Numbered from the stretch's first letter, positions 1 through 9,306 are shown. The stretch: DNA of 64,000 nt from Pseudomonadota bacterium (GCA_026390445.1 JAPLFX010000030.1:2999-66998); one strand, 5' to 3'. Program-made: numbers and translations. Notes: generated by a model from the letters alone, not told the origin.

Positions 1-1791
1 TACGGGACTAAAAAGCAAAAGGACTACTACCTCCCACGCCTCGCGCGCGGGGAGGAGATTCCGTGCTTTGCCCTGACGGAACCTGAAGCTGGATCCGACG
101 CGGGTTCCATTACCTCTAGCGGGGTGCTGTTTCGCGGCGAAGACGGACAGATTTATGTGCGTCTCAACTGGGAAAAACGCTACATCACCTTGGCAGCAAT
201 CGCCACTCTGATTGGCTTGGCAATCAAGCTTTACGATCCTGAAAACCTGCTGGGACGTGGCAAAGACCTGGGTATCACCTGTGTGCTGGCACCGGCAAAC
301 CTTCCCGGCGTCGTGCTTGGAGAACGTCACAACCCCATGGGCGTGCCGTTCTTTAATTGCCCGACCAGCGGCCATGACGTCGTGGTTTCGATCGACCAGA
401 TCATCGGTGGTGAAGGTGGTGCCGGCCGTGGCTGGCAGATGCTGATGGAGTGCCTCGCGGCCGGAAGGGCGATCTCGTTGCCGTCACAGGCGGCAGGCAT
501 CGCCAAAATGGTGACGCGACTCACCAGTGCTTACGCCGTGATTCGGCGCCAGTTCGGTATTTCGATTGGGCAGTTTGAAGGGATTGAAGAGCCTCTAGCC
601 CGCATCACTGGTCTGACATACCTCATGGAGGCCATGCGTATCTTTACCGTTGGCGCCGTCGATTCAGGCATGAAACCGGCGGTGATCTCGGCGATTGCCA
701 AGTACAACCAAACGGAACTTGCGCGCAAGGTCACCAACGATGCCATGGATCTCATGGGTGGTGCGGCCATATCGCGCGGTCCCCGCAATCATATTGCCAA
801 TTCCTACATCGGTCTGCCGATTAGCATCACCGTCGAAGGAGCGAATATTCTGACGCGGACGATGATTATCTTTGGGCAAGGTGCCATTCGCTGCCATCCG
901 TTTGCCTATAAAGAAGTCAAAGCTCTGATGGACAAGGACTATAGCGCCTTTGACAAGGCCTTTTGGGCGCATATGGGCCATGTGTTGCGCAATGGCTGCC
1001 GGTCTTTGGTCCTCAGCCTGAGCCGTGGCCGCCTGGCTGGAAGTCCTGGTGGTCCGGGCGCCGCCTACTACCGCAAATTGTCTTGGGCTTCGGCGTCCTT
1101 TGCCTTCATGGCGGATGTGGCCATGGGTACCCTCGGTGGAACTCTCAAGTTGCGCGAAAAATTGACCGGTCGTTACGCTGATGTTTTATCTTGGATGTAT
1201 ATGGCTACCGCTGTCCTGCGGCGCTATGAAGCGGAGGGTTACCGAGCCGAACACAAGGATGTCTTTGAGTGGGCCATGCAATACTGCATGGTGCAAATCC
1301 AACAGGGCTTTGATGGTATCTTTCAGAACTTCACGGTGCCAGGCATCGGATGGATTTTTCGCGGTCCAGTTGCTTTTTGGGCTCGCCTGAATAGCCTTGG
1401 GCATCTGCCATCGGACGGACTAGGCCACAGACTCGCGATGCAGATCCAGGAAGCCGGGGTCCTTCGGGACTCACTGACGACAGGAATCGTGTTTTCGGCT
1501 CGCCCAGGGGATTCCGGTGAGAAGTTCGAGCATGCTTTCAAGCTGTCGCACCAGTCAGCAGCGATCTTGCAAAAGATTTCGCAAGCGATCAAGGCAGGAG
1601 TGTTACCGAAAAAGCGCGCTAACCTGCTAGTAAAGGCTGCTGTCGAGGCCAAGGTGATCACTCCGACGGAGGCAAGCCTACTCGAGGAGGCAAATACGGT
1701 GCGTCACGATGCCATTATGGTAGACTCCTTTGGTTTGGCGGAGTTTAGTCCCACACTGCTTGACTTGGGTGGGGTAAAGGCCGGCGTCTAG
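1..1791 (+). CDS. fadE: acyl-CoA dehydrogenase, long FadE type (5' end outside window)
   Basis: Frame 1 is open from base 1 (YGTKKQKDYYLPRLARGEEIPCFALTEPEAGSDAGS...) and runs into the 124..1791 ORF. The block YLPRLARGEEIPCFALT.PEAGSDAG and the long extra C-terminal region match what I recall of E. coli FadE-type enzymes. Confidence 0.85.
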   Translation, partial: YGTKKQKDYYLPRLARGEEIPCFALTEPEAGSDAGSITSSGVLFRGEDGQIYVRLNWEKRYITLAAIATLIGLAIKLYDPENLLGRGKDLGITCVLAPANLPGVVLGERHNPMGVPFFNCPTSGHDVVVSIDQIIGGEGGAGRGWQMLMECLAAGRAISLPSQAAGIAKMVTRLTSAYAVIRRQFGISIGQFEGIEEPLARITGLTYLMEAMRIFTVGAVDSGMKPAVISAIAKYNQTELARKVTNDAMDLMGGAAISRGPRNHIANSYIGLPISITVEGANILTRTMIIFGQGAIRCHPFAYKEVKALMDKDYSAFDKAFWAHMGHVLRNGCRSLVLSLSRGRLAGSPGGPGAAYYRKLSWASASFAFMADVAMGTLGGTLKLREKLTGRYADVLSWMYMATAVLRRYEAEGYRAEHKDVFEWAMQYCMVQIQQGFDGIFQNFTVPGIGWIFRGPVAFWARLNSLGHLPSDGLGHRLAMQIQEAGVLRDSLTTGIVFSARPGDSGEKFEHAFKLSHQSAAILQKISQAIKAGVLPKKRANLLVKAAVEAKVITPTEASLLEEANTVRHDAIMVDSFGLAEFSPTLLDLGGVKAGV

Positions 1792-1811
1792 ATGGGCTCT
1801 ACAAGGGTTGG

Positions 1812-2264
1812 TTGGCGATGCAGAAGTTAGGCTTGTTCGGTGGCTTGGTACTCATCATCATCATCGCCGTGGCCGCCGTGATGGCTGGTCGGATGGGCGA
1901 GACCTCGCATGCTTACGCCAAGGGCACAGTGGTCTTGGCTCCAGAGCTGACTGCTGCGGCCAAGGGCATTCATACGTTGTTTATCATCGCTAGTGGGCCA
2001 GACAAACCAATGCCCCTCGGCGCTTTCAGAAAGACCCTGAGCAGCGATGCCGAGGGAGCTTTTTATGACTTTGTGTTAACCAAGGACAACATGCAGCGCA
2101 TGATGGGCGAGGACGAATGGCCGGCGCAGTTCAAACTGAAGGCTCGCTTGGATCAAGACGGATCGGCCGGCCCAGATCAACCCGGCGATATTGTCGGCGA
2201 GGTGTTTCCCGTCACCTTGGGTCAGTCGGATATCGAGGTTCGGCTGACGCGCAAGGTCGAATGA
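1812..2264 (+). CDS. membrane-anchored hypothetical protein (resembles the C-terminal domain of CcmI/CycH-type proteins)
   Basis: 150-aa ORF 20 nt after fadE. It has an N-terminal hydrophobic helix (LFGGLVLIIIIAVAAVMAG). The pattern GTVVL.P.L...A......LFIIA......PMPLGA....L......F.L..........P....LKARLD.DG.AGP.QPGDIVGE recalls the CcmI C-terminal domain; this is from memory only. Confidence 0.5.
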   Translation: MAMQKLGLFGGLVLIIIIAVAAVMAGRMGETSHAYAKGTVVLAPELTAAAKGIHTLFIIASGPDKPMPLGAFRKTLSSDAEGAFYDFVLTKDNMQRMMGEDEWPAQFKLKARLDQDGSAGPDQPGDIVGEVFPVTLGQSDIEVRLTRKVE

Positions 2265-2282
2265 CCTTCAGCAGCGGTGGAT

Positions 2283-2771
2283 TTACTTTGGTGAATCCTG
2301 GCGCCTGGCGCGAAAAAAAGCCTTCAGGACCTCGCCGCACTCGGTTGCTAAAACTCCGGCCGTGACCGGCAGACGGTGGTTCAAGCGCACGTCCGCGTGC
2401 ACTTGGTACAGACTACCCATCGCTCCCGCCTTGGGGTCAAAGGCACCAAAAACCACCCGATCAATGCGTGCTTGATGCACCGCTCCGGCACACATGAGGC
2501 AGGGTTCTAAGGTCACGTACAGTGTACATCCGCTGAGTCGCCAGGCACCAAGTTGCTTACAGGCGGCGCCGATGGCATCGATCTCGGCATGTCTTAGCGC
2601 GTCTTGAAATTCTTCTCGGGCGTTGGCGCCGCTGGCAATGAGTTGTCCGTCTTTGACGATGACTGCACCGACTGGGACTTCTCCACGCAGTGCGGCCTGG
2701 CGCGCCAGGTCGAGCGCCATGGCCATCCATGCTGCGTCGCCTTCGCTACCGAGGTGCGGTGACCCGTTCAC
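2283..2771 (-). CDS. tadA: tRNA adenosine(34) deaminase
   Basis: 162-aa ORF with the CDA zinc motifs HAEIDAI and PCLMCAGA. The GTG start overlaps the stop of the upstream Xer-like gene (GTGA, 2768-2771). Confidence 0.9.
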   Translation of the reverse strand: MNGSPHLGSEGDAAWMAMALDLARQAALRGEVPVGAVIVKDGQLIASGANAREEFQDALRHAEIDAIGAACKQLGAWRLSGCTLYVTLEPCLMCAGAVHQARIDRVVFGAFDPKAGAMGSLYQVHADVRLNHRLPVTAGVLATECGEVLKAFFRARRQDSPK

Positions 2772-3703
2772 AGCGGGGCTGCACTTTGCGCCGGCAACGG
2801 GTTGTCTCCCGTCAGACGCTTGCCTTGAGCTAGGTGTTTGGCGATGTTGCCAAGTCGCCGCAGTCCAAGATGGGCCATAATCTCTTCCGGCGCTCGGCCG
2901 AGGCCGATGAGATAGCTGACGGCATAGTGGCGCAACTGCTCGGTGTTTAATTTAGCCAGCGGCAATTTGTCGCCGAGTTCGTAGAGGATGAATTTCAGGC
3001 CATGTCTGGTCATCACCGGTAACGGACTACTGGCGTCTCGGCCTTTGAACGACACGAATATGCGTTTGTCTGTCGCCTGCACAATGGCGTGGTGCCGAAT
3101 GTTCAGATATTGACTGCGGTAAGCGAGTAACAGGCTTAGCGTGGCGTCGGAAAGGCGGATCGAGCGGGCTCTTGACCCACCGATATGCAGGCTTGAGGTA
3201 CTGCCTTCGGTGATCAGGTCGACCCACCGTAGATTGATGAGCTCGTTGGCCTTGACGCCTTCGTAGGCGAGCAAGGAAACGATGGCTCCGTCGCGGGCGG
3301 CTTTACAAGCCGGTCGCCCGGACTGGGCGATGTGGATAAGCTCGGCGATCTGCTCTGTACTGAGGCCTTTGCCCAGCGCTTCATCGCGCATCGGAATAGG
3401 CACGCTGTCAAAAGGCGTCGAGCTGATCGCCCGGCTTTCCGAGAGAAAGCGGAAGAACTGGCGAATCCCGATCACGGTGCGTCGTACCGAGTTGTCCCGT
3501 TCTTCGAGATCGCTGCGCAGAAAGTCCTGATATCCCATCAGAGTCGATGGTTCCACGGCACTCGGTGGCAGGTCGTAGCGTCCTAGATAGTCGAGAAAAC
3601 GCTGGGCATCACGGCAGTAGGACTCAATAGTCGCCGGCTGCTTGCCGCGAGACCTAAGACTGTCCGCGAACCGTTCGACCATTTGGTAGTCTAGAGTCAT
3701 CAA
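2768..3703 (-). CDS. tyrosine-recombinase-fold protein (XerC/XerD-like), catalytic residues apparently substituted
   Basis: 311 aa. The N-terminal SAM-like core-binding region (ATIESYCRDAQRFLDYL, VRRTVIGIRQFFRFL) and the C-terminal domain align by eye to E. coli XerD. Only Arg-II (EQLRHYAVSYL) is retained. See the finding for the substitutions. Confidence 0.75.
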   Translation of the reverse strand: MMTLDYQMVERFADSLRSRGKQPATIESYCRDAQRFLDYLGRYDLPPSAVEPSTLMGYQDFLRSDLEERDNSVRRTVIGIRQFFRFLSESRAISSTPFDSVPIPMRDEALGKGLSTEQIAELIHIAQSGRPACKAARDGAIVSLLAYEGVKANELINLRWVDLITEGSTSSLHIGGSRARSIRLSDATLSLLLAYRSQYLNIRHHAIVQATDKRIFVSFKGRDASSPLPVMTRHGLKFILYELGDKLPLAKLNTEQLRHYAVSYLIGLGRAPEEIMAHLGLRRLGNIAKHLAQGKRLTGDNPLPAQSAAPL

Positions 3704-3715
3704 TCATCTGGCCCC

Positions 3716-4567
3716 ATGTGGTACTTTCGCTGGCGCCAAATTACTCTCAATTCCAGCTTGAGGCAAATCTCTTCCCTTACGGCCACGTATGATAAGATTG
3801 AGATCGATCGGTTAAAGCGTTTTTCACCGCGAGGAACGAGTCTGAAACCATACCCTAGGTCGCCGCTTCCGTCTTTCGCCTGGACCTTGGGCCCGGTCCT
3901 GGTCCTGTTGCTGACTGGCTGGGTTCGGCCCGAGCTGCCGCGGGCGCTTATGGCTGTGGCGCCAGTACCCAACCGCTTGGACGAGGTCGTGGTGCTCGTT
4001 AACGGCGAGGCGCGCGTGGTCCCGCGCGACCATGAACTCATCGTTCTCGTTGGAGACCGCCTCGAGATACGGCAGGCGTCGGTGTCGCCGCCTCTGTCCA
4101 AAAACGACATAAAGATCAATGTTTATGGACTCATAGGGTACCCCGCAGGCAGCGCCGAAGATGGCGGGCGAGAGTTTTCGACCGAGGAGCTGAAGGTCAA
4201 ATTCTCTGAGGCCGCTAAGGGTGAGGTCTTTGCCGTGGGTATCAGCGCCAAAGGTCATCTTGCCGGAGTGGTGTTTATCCGCTTGGTGCCGCCCGAGCTT
4301 GAGTTTGCCGAGCTAACGATCAACGGTGATAGGAAGGTGGTGCGAGTTGGCGACATCCTGCACGTCAAGCATAGCGACCGCCTGAAGGTTGAACGCGTGT
4401 TTACCAACGTACCGGGCAACGTCGGCGTCTTGGTGCAGATGGTTCAAGTACACGTCAACGTCAACGTCAACGTCAACGCCAACGTCAAGGACAGGGGTGA
4501 TGTGGCGATGCGATTTATTCGAGGCGGGCGGGTCTTTGCCAGCATTCCTCTAAAGGTCAGCGGCTAA
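3716..4567 (+). CDS. hypothetical protein with internal duplication and (Val-Asn)n repeat; start uncertain
   Basis: 283-aa ORF. Its stop overlaps the start of the downstream kinase (TAATG at 4565-4569), suggesting translational coupling. One hydrophobic segment (FAWTLGPVLVLLLTGWV). Alternative ATG at 3950 (MAVAPV...). Two similar about 30-aa modules (LVNGEARVVPRDHELIVLVGDRLEI and TINGDRKVVRVGDILHVKHSDRLKV). No family recognised. Confidence 0.5.
   Translation: MWYFRWRQITLNSSLRQISSLTATYDKIEIDRLKRFSPRGTSLKPYPRSPLPSFAWTLGPVLVLLLTGWVRPELPRALMAVAPVPNRLDEVVVLVNGEARVVPRDHELIVLVGDRLEIRQASVSPPLSKNDIKINVYGLIGYPAGSAEDGGREFSTEELKVKFSEAAKGEVFAVGISAKGHLAGVVFIRLVPPELEFAELTINGDRKVVRVGDILHVKHSDRLKVERVFTNVPGNVGVLVQMVQVHVNVNVNVNANVKDRGDVAMRFIRGGRVFASIPLKVSG
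4454..4489. repeat. in-frame hexanucleotide tandem repeat (GTCAAC)4 plus two degenerate units
   Basis: Read directly: gtcaac gtcaac gtcaac gtcaac gccaac gtcaag, encoding VNVNVNVNANVK inside the 3716..4567 ORF. Confidence 0.9.
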
Positions 4568-6840
4568 TGTCCACGTTCGCAAGCAAATCCGCCGCTGAAC
4601 GTCGTCGCCGCTTCGAACTCTTCGTCATTGTCTTGACGACGGGATTATTGATCTCCTTGTCACGCCTCGAAACCAGGCTGTTTGACCTAAGCGAAACATT
4701 CGCAAAAAATCAGGTCTTTTTAACGACCATTTTGTATTTCGGGCTGATCAATTTCAACGTCATTTTGATATTGGTCCTGAGCTTTTTGCTGTTTCGCAAC
4801 GTCGCTAAGCTGGTCGTTGAACGTCGACGCGGTGTTTTTGGCTCTAACCTGCGAGCGAAACTGGTCGCCACTTTAGTTTTTTTCGCATTGGCTCCGACCA
4901 TGTTATTTTTTTACGTCTCGGCACGCTTTATTGTTAGCAGCTTCGACGAATGGTTTTCCGATAAAGTTCGGGCGACGATGCACGAGACGCGTGAGGTCAG
5001 TGAAAAAGTCTATCGGCAAGACCAGCGCCGGCTCGAAAGCTTGGCGCGAATAGCCGTGCAGAGGCTAAGCCCGGTGTTACTCAGTGACCCTTGGTCCCGC
5101 GGCGACTTGCACCACATTCCCATTCACCTGCTTGACGGCTTTGAAGCCCAGTATGGACTCGACAACATTAAAGTGTACAACGCCAGAGGGCTGTTGATCT
5201 GGGCTAGTCGCGTCAGCAATAGTCCGCGCAAAGCCCAAGGCGAAGATTCCTTTGTCGCCAAGGTGACCTACCGCTTTGCCCAAGAACGTGGCATGGAATC
5301 CGCAAGTACCGTAGTAGGCGAAGACAATCAGGACATTGTTAAGGGCGCTGCCCCGATTCTGGAGCCAAAGACCGGTACGCTCATTGGCGTCGTCGTCGCG
5401 GAGACGCGCTTTGAAACCCAAATTTTAAAAAGTATCGAAACGATCCAACAGAGCTTTGCCAATCTGCGGCCTGGGGCGCAGTTGATCAAGTTAAGCTATT
5501 TGATTCTGTTGGTCGTGATGACATTGCTGGTGGTATTTTCGGCCGTTTGGCTTGGCTTTTATGTGGCCAGAGGCATCACCGGTCCGATCCAGGCCTTGGC
5601 TGAGGGAACCCGCGAGGTGGCACTTGGCAACTATCAGATCAAGTTGACACCTAAGAGCGAGGACGAAACCGGCCAGCTGGTACGATCGTTCAATATGATG
5701 ACTCAGGACCTGCAGCGCCACCGCTCGCAGGCGGACGAGGCTCGGGGTCAGCTATTGCAGAGCAATGTGGAACTCGAGCGTCGGCGCAAGTATATGGAGG
5801 TGATTCTAAAAAGCATCACCGCTGGTGTGATCGCGATCAATAAGCTTGGACAGATCACCACCGTCAACAGCGCCGCCGAGGACGTCCTGGCGATCGATGC
5901 CCGTCGCGTCACCGGGGTCAATGTGCGCGAGGCCTTAGGACCGTATCTCTATGCTGCAATATGGCAGCCACTCGCCGACGGTTTGATGACGCACGACGTT
6001 TATAGTGCGCAGCTCGAGGTGGAGCGCGACGGTAAGCCGCTCACACTGCTGGTCGACGGGACGCGGATTGCCGACGAACACGGTGAGGATCTCGGCACCG
6101 TACTGGTCTTTGATGATGCTACGGAACAGGTGAAAGTGCAGCGCGTGGCGGCTTGGCGTGAAGTGGCTAGGCGTATTGCGCATGAGATCAAAAACCCGGT
6201 GACCCCGATTAAGTTGAGTGCGCAGCGACTTTTGCGCAGATTTCACGAAAAATTTACCGGCGAGGACCAAGAAGTCTTCGAGGCTTGTTTGAATACGATT
6301 CTAAAACAGGTCGACTCGCTGCGTGACCTGGTCAATGAATTTTCGAAGTTTTCACGTTTACCCCAGGTGCGGTTGCGCCTAGGTAACATCAATGAAGTCA
6401 TACTCGACGTGGCTAACCTGTATCGCATGAGCTATCCGCACGTCGACATCGACACGACGCATCTAGGCGAGCTACCCATGTTTCCACTTGATCGGGACCA
6501 AATGAACCGAGTCTTCGTCAATCTGACCGATAACGCCATCGCCGCTTTAGGTAGCCACACCGAGCGCGGCAGCGTGGCCTTCTATTCGTCGCTGCTGCCA
6601 GAATTAAGCACGGTGCGAATCGAGGTGGTGGACAATGGCACGGGGATCCCTGAGGGCCTGCGCGACCGGGTCTTTGAGCCTTATTTTTCGACCAAGGATG
6701 GTGGCACGGGACTAGGACTGGCGATCGTCAATCAGATTATCACCGATCATGGTGGGTATCTGCGTGTCCTTAACAACCTGCCGCATGGCACCCGCTTGGT
6801 CATCGAATTGCCGACTGGCGGTCACGGCCAAAGACCCTAG
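4567..6840 (+). CDS. sensor histidine kinase, NtrY-like (multi-TM N-terminus, HAMP, PAS, HisKA, HATPase_c)
   Basis: 757 aa. Hydrophobic N-terminal helices, a later TM (LSYLILLVVMTLLVVFSAVWLGFYVA) followed by HAMP (ITGPIQALAEGTREVALGNYQ...ETGQLVRSFNMMTQDL), and a PAS-like segment. H-box AHEIKNPVTPIKLSAQRL, N-box NLTDNAIAA, G-boxes DNGTGIP and GGTGLGLAIV. Confidence 0.85.
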   Translation: MSTFASKSAAERRRRFELFVIVLTTGLLISLSRLETRLFDLSETFAKNQVFLTTILYFGLINFNVILILVLSFLLFRNVAKLVVERRRGVFGSNLRAKLVATLVFFALAPTMLFFYVSARFIVSSFDEWFSDKVRATMHETREVSEKVYRQDQRRLESLARIAVQRLSPVLLSDPWSRGDLHHIPIHLLDGFEAQYGLDNIKVYNARGLLIWASRVSNSPRKAQGEDSFVAKVTYRFAQERGMESASTVVGEDNQDIVKGAAPILEPKTGTLIGVVVAETRFETQILKSIETIQQSFANLRPGAQLIKLSYLILLVVMTLLVVFSAVWLGFYVARGITGPIQALAEGTREVALGNYQIKLTPKSEDETGQLVRSFNMMTQDLQRHRSQADEARGQLLQSNVELERRRKYMEVILKSITAGVIAINKLGQITTVNSAAEDVLAIDARRVTGVNVREALGPYLYAAIWQPLADGLMTHDVYSAQLEVERDGKPLTLLVDGTRIADEHGEDLGTVLVFDDATEQVKVQRVAAWREVARRIAHEIKNPVTPIKLSAQRLLRRFHEKFTGEDQEVFEACLNTILKQVDSLRDLVNEFSKFSRLPQVRLRLGNINEVILDVANLYRMSYPHVDIDTTHLGELPMFPLDRDQMNRVFVNLTDNAIAALGSHTERGSVAFYSSLLPELSTVRIEVVDNGTGIPEGLRDRVFEPYFSTKDGGTGLGLAIVNQIITDHGGYLRVLNNLPHGTRLVIELPTGGHGQRP

Positions 6841-6981
6841 TGCTTAATCCACAGGCAATCCTGCTCGACCGACGGTTCACCCCGTGAAAGTTCGATTTTG
6901 AGTGTCTGAACATTCTTGATAAGCTGAGTCGGTATAAGCCGTTGCGACATTGAGGGCCGTTTCGTTGCCCTCGGAAAAGGA

Positions 6982-8223
6982 ATGCCCGTGGATACCCAAA
7001 GACTAAGCGTGACCGAGCAAGAAGGGCAGGTTGTGATCACCGGTCTTGACGCCGAGGCCGAGTCCAAATGGGGCGTCATGCAGCTTGACCAGCGCCATGT
7101 GTTGCTATCACTCGGGGATGGGGCGGCGAGCGTACTCAAGGCACCAACCAGCTTTGGTAGCTGCCCAAGTGGGGTATTTCGCGACTTTCTCCTCGGGCTA
7201 AACGTTGCCCATTTTTCGGGCGTGTTGGCGGTGGACAGCGGATTCGGCCAGAAGCGGCTATTCTTTGACCATGGGCAAATCGTGTTCGCTGGGTCGAACA
7301 TCATGGACGACCGTCTCGGCGAAGTGATCTTTCGGGAAGCTCGCATTAGCCTTGACGAGTTGACCGACTCCGCAGCACAGGTGACTAAATCGCGTAAGTT
7401 TGGCCAGGTGCTGATTGCCGGCAGCATCTTTACCAATACCGAACTATGGCTGGCGCTCAAGCTGCAGGTGCGCCAGATCATACGCTCATTGTTTATGGCC
7501 GAGCAGGTATTTTTTGAAATGGAGAGTGGCCATGGCTTGGCCCCGACCCAAGTGGTGTTCCAAGAAAGTATGCAGGAGCTGATCACCGAATGCTATAGCT
7601 TCGGCTGCGCCTTCCGCTCCTTTCTCAGCAAGCTTAAGTCCGACAGCCAAGTGGCGCTAACGGTGTCTGGCGAGAAGCTGAAATCAGAACAAGCCGAAGG
7701 CACTTTCATGGCGGATTTTATCGGTTTGCTAGGACAGGAAAGCCACGTCCAGTCCTTGCTAAATGCCTCAAAGTTGATCGACCCCTATACCGTTGCGACC
7801 TTACTAAACCTGGTCAATCAGGGTTTGTGCAGGGTCACCCCGGAGGTCGATGAAGGACGGCGCAATGTCCCGCATTTAGCGCCACTACGCGGTAAAGTTG
7901 ACGCACTGACTTATGTTTTGGCCGCAGTGCGTAAAGGCTTCGAAGGCGCGCACAAGAACCTACCGATCGCCGATCTACGGACCTTTGCCGCCGCTTTGAA
8001 CCCCGATGGTTTTGCCTCCATCTATCTAGACGAACATGGCGCTCTGACGAAAGACTGTATTGGCGGTATGTTCAGTCAATGCATTGCTAACACCGGTCGC
8101 ATCGCCTATTTTGATCGCGCTTTGGAGAGCCTTATTCAATTTCTCCTGCAGGTCGCCGGTGACAACCTCGAATACAAGGTTGCCAGCGGAATCAGGCAGG
8201 ATTATCGGGCGGTCACGCAATGA
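6982..8223 (+). CDS. DUF4388 (PATAN-like) domain protein, function unknown
   Basis: 413-aa ORF with RBS-like aaagga before the ATG. The N-terminal segment FRDFLLGLNVAHFSGVLAVDSGFGQKRLFFDHGQIVFAGSNIMDDRLGEVIFREARISLDEL fits my recollection of the DUF4388 pattern (L.DLLQ......G.L.......K.I.F..G.IV.A.S......LGE.L...G.IS...L). The stop overlaps the next gene's start (ATGA at 8220-8223). Confidence 0.6.
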   Translation: MPVDTQRLSVTEQEGQVVITGLDAEAESKWGVMQLDQRHVLLSLGDGAASVLKAPTSFGSCPSGVFRDFLLGLNVAHFSGVLAVDSGFGQKRLFFDHGQIVFAGSNIMDDRLGEVIFREARISLDELTDSAAQVTKSRKFGQVLIAGSIFTNTELWLALKLQVRQIIRSLFMAEQVFFEMESGHGLAPTQVVFQESMQELITECYSFGCAFRSFLSKLKSDSQVALTVSGEKLKSEQAEGTFMADFIGLLGQESHVQSLLNASKLIDPYTVATLLNLVNQGLCRVTPEVDEGRRNVPHLAPLRGKVDALTYVLAAVRKGFEGAHKNLPIADLRTFAAALNPDGFASIYLDEHGALTKDCIGGMFSQCIANTGRIAYFDRALESLIQFLLQVAGDNLEYKVASGIRQDYRAVTQ

Positions 8224-9026
8224 ACCAAAAAAGAGGCGGCAAAACCCCGGTCAAAGAGCGAGGGGGTAGAGCCACCGCTGTCGCTGAACGCACCAGCCCC
8301 TTCAGTGCACAGACCTTTATGGTCGATGGGCTGGCTGCAGTAGCGGAATATGTTCGCTTTCGCCCGGCGGCACTGCTCGAAATTCGCTGTACAAAAAGAT
8401 TACGCGACAGCGTGACTGAGCTGCTGCAGCGTCACCAAGTCAAAGTGAACGTCTTTGACCGCGAAGAGGAAGGCGCAGGCGGAGTTCAAGCGCCGGTGTC
8501 CGCTCGAGTCTCGCTCAAAGCCCTGGACTTTGACGCCTGTCTGAAGCGGCTTCAGCCGCGTACCCACGACGTCGTGCTGGCCTTGGATCACATCACCGAC
8601 CCACGCAATTTGGGGGCGATTGTTCGCAGTGCGGCCTTTTTTGGGGTGCGCGAGGTGATCGTGCCCGAGCGGCGCCAGGTCTTGTTGACGCAAGCCGCTG
8701 TCAACACCGCGCAAGGGGGCTTTGCACTGACTGAGTTGGTGGTGGTCACCAATCTAAATAGAGCCTTGGGTGAGCTTAAAGACCTGGGCTACTGGCTCAT
8801 TGGAACGCAGATGTCGGGTGAGCCCTTCCACAAGCTGGCCCGTGTTTACGAGCGGTCGGTGGTGGTTCTTGGGGCCGAAGACACCGGCTTATCAAAAGGC
8901 GTCAGTGAGTCCTGTGATCGCCTGGCTTCGATCCCCGGCCTGGCAGGTGGTTTGGATTCTCTCAACGTCTCCGTTGCCGCTGGCATCATTTTGTGCGAGT
9001 TTACTCGTCCCGCGCCAGGTTCGTGA
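8220..9026 (+). CDS. SpoU/TrmH-family RNA 2'-O-methyltransferase (RlmB-like)
   Basis: 268 aa. SpoU motif 1 LDHITDPRNLGAIVRSAAFFG, motif 2 VVLGAEDTGLS, motif 3 IPGLAGGLDSLNVSVAAGIILCEF. Basic N-terminal extension. Confidence 0.8.
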   Translation: MNQKRGGKTPVKERGGRATAVAERTSPFSAQTFMVDGLAAVAEYVRFRPAALLEIRCTKRLRDSVTELLQRHQVKVNVFDREEEGAGGVQAPVSARVSLKALDFDACLKRLQPRTHDVVLALDHITDPRNLGAIVRSAAFFGVREVIVPERRQVLLTQAAVNTAQGGFALTELVVVTNLNRALGELKDLGYWLIGTQMSGEPFHKLARVYERSVVVLGAEDTGLSKGVSESCDRLASIPGLAGGLDSLNVSVAAGIILCEFTRPAPGS

Positions 9027-9052
9027 AACGATGAAAAAGCGCGACGCATGAC

Positions 9053-9081
9053 TTGACATGGTTTCTGAAGCGTAGTATCTC
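9053..9081 (+). promoter_or_regulatory. putative sigma70-type promoter for the tRNA-tuf transcription unit
   Basis: TTGACA (9053-9058), 17-nt spacer, TATCTC (9076-9081), about 100 nt upstream of the first tRNA. Hexamer match only. Confidence 0.35.
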
Positions 9082-9178
9082 ATTGGTTCAGCTATTCATG
9101 GAACATATTGAAACCATTAGGGTTTTTCTTTTTTGTGGCGGCTGAAGTGCGGGTTCGTTGGCGTCTAGAAGAGTGCTC

Positions 9179-9254
9179 GCTGGCGTAGCTCAATTGGTAG
9201 AGCAGCTGATTTGTAATCAGCAGGTTGCGGGTTCAAGTCCCATCGCCAGCTCCA
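9179..9254 (+). tRNA. tRNA-Thr (anticodon UGU)
   Basis: Cloverleaf read by eye: acceptor GCTGGCG/CGCCAGC, D arm TAGCTCAATTGGTAGAGC, anticodon stem GCTGA/TCAGC with loop TTTGTAA, T loop TTCAAGT, encoded CCA. The T stem has one C-A mismatch. Confidence 0.9.
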
Positions 9255-9306
9255 GCAGATGGGCGATTAGTAGTGTCGTGATGATTGTGTATTCTGGCTA
9301 TGATCT

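Noticed and set aside
4454-4489. Short tandem repeat considered as a possible CRISPR-like or regulatory array
   Set aside because: The unit is only 6 nt, has no spacers, and lies in frame inside a coding region. It is a coding microsatellite.
6837-7586. 249-aa minus-strand ORF overlapping the 5' half of the DUF4388-like gene
   Set aside because: Ser/Trp/Cys-rich composition and no RBS. The plus-strand frame has a recognisable domain pattern and is coupled to the downstream methyltransferase.
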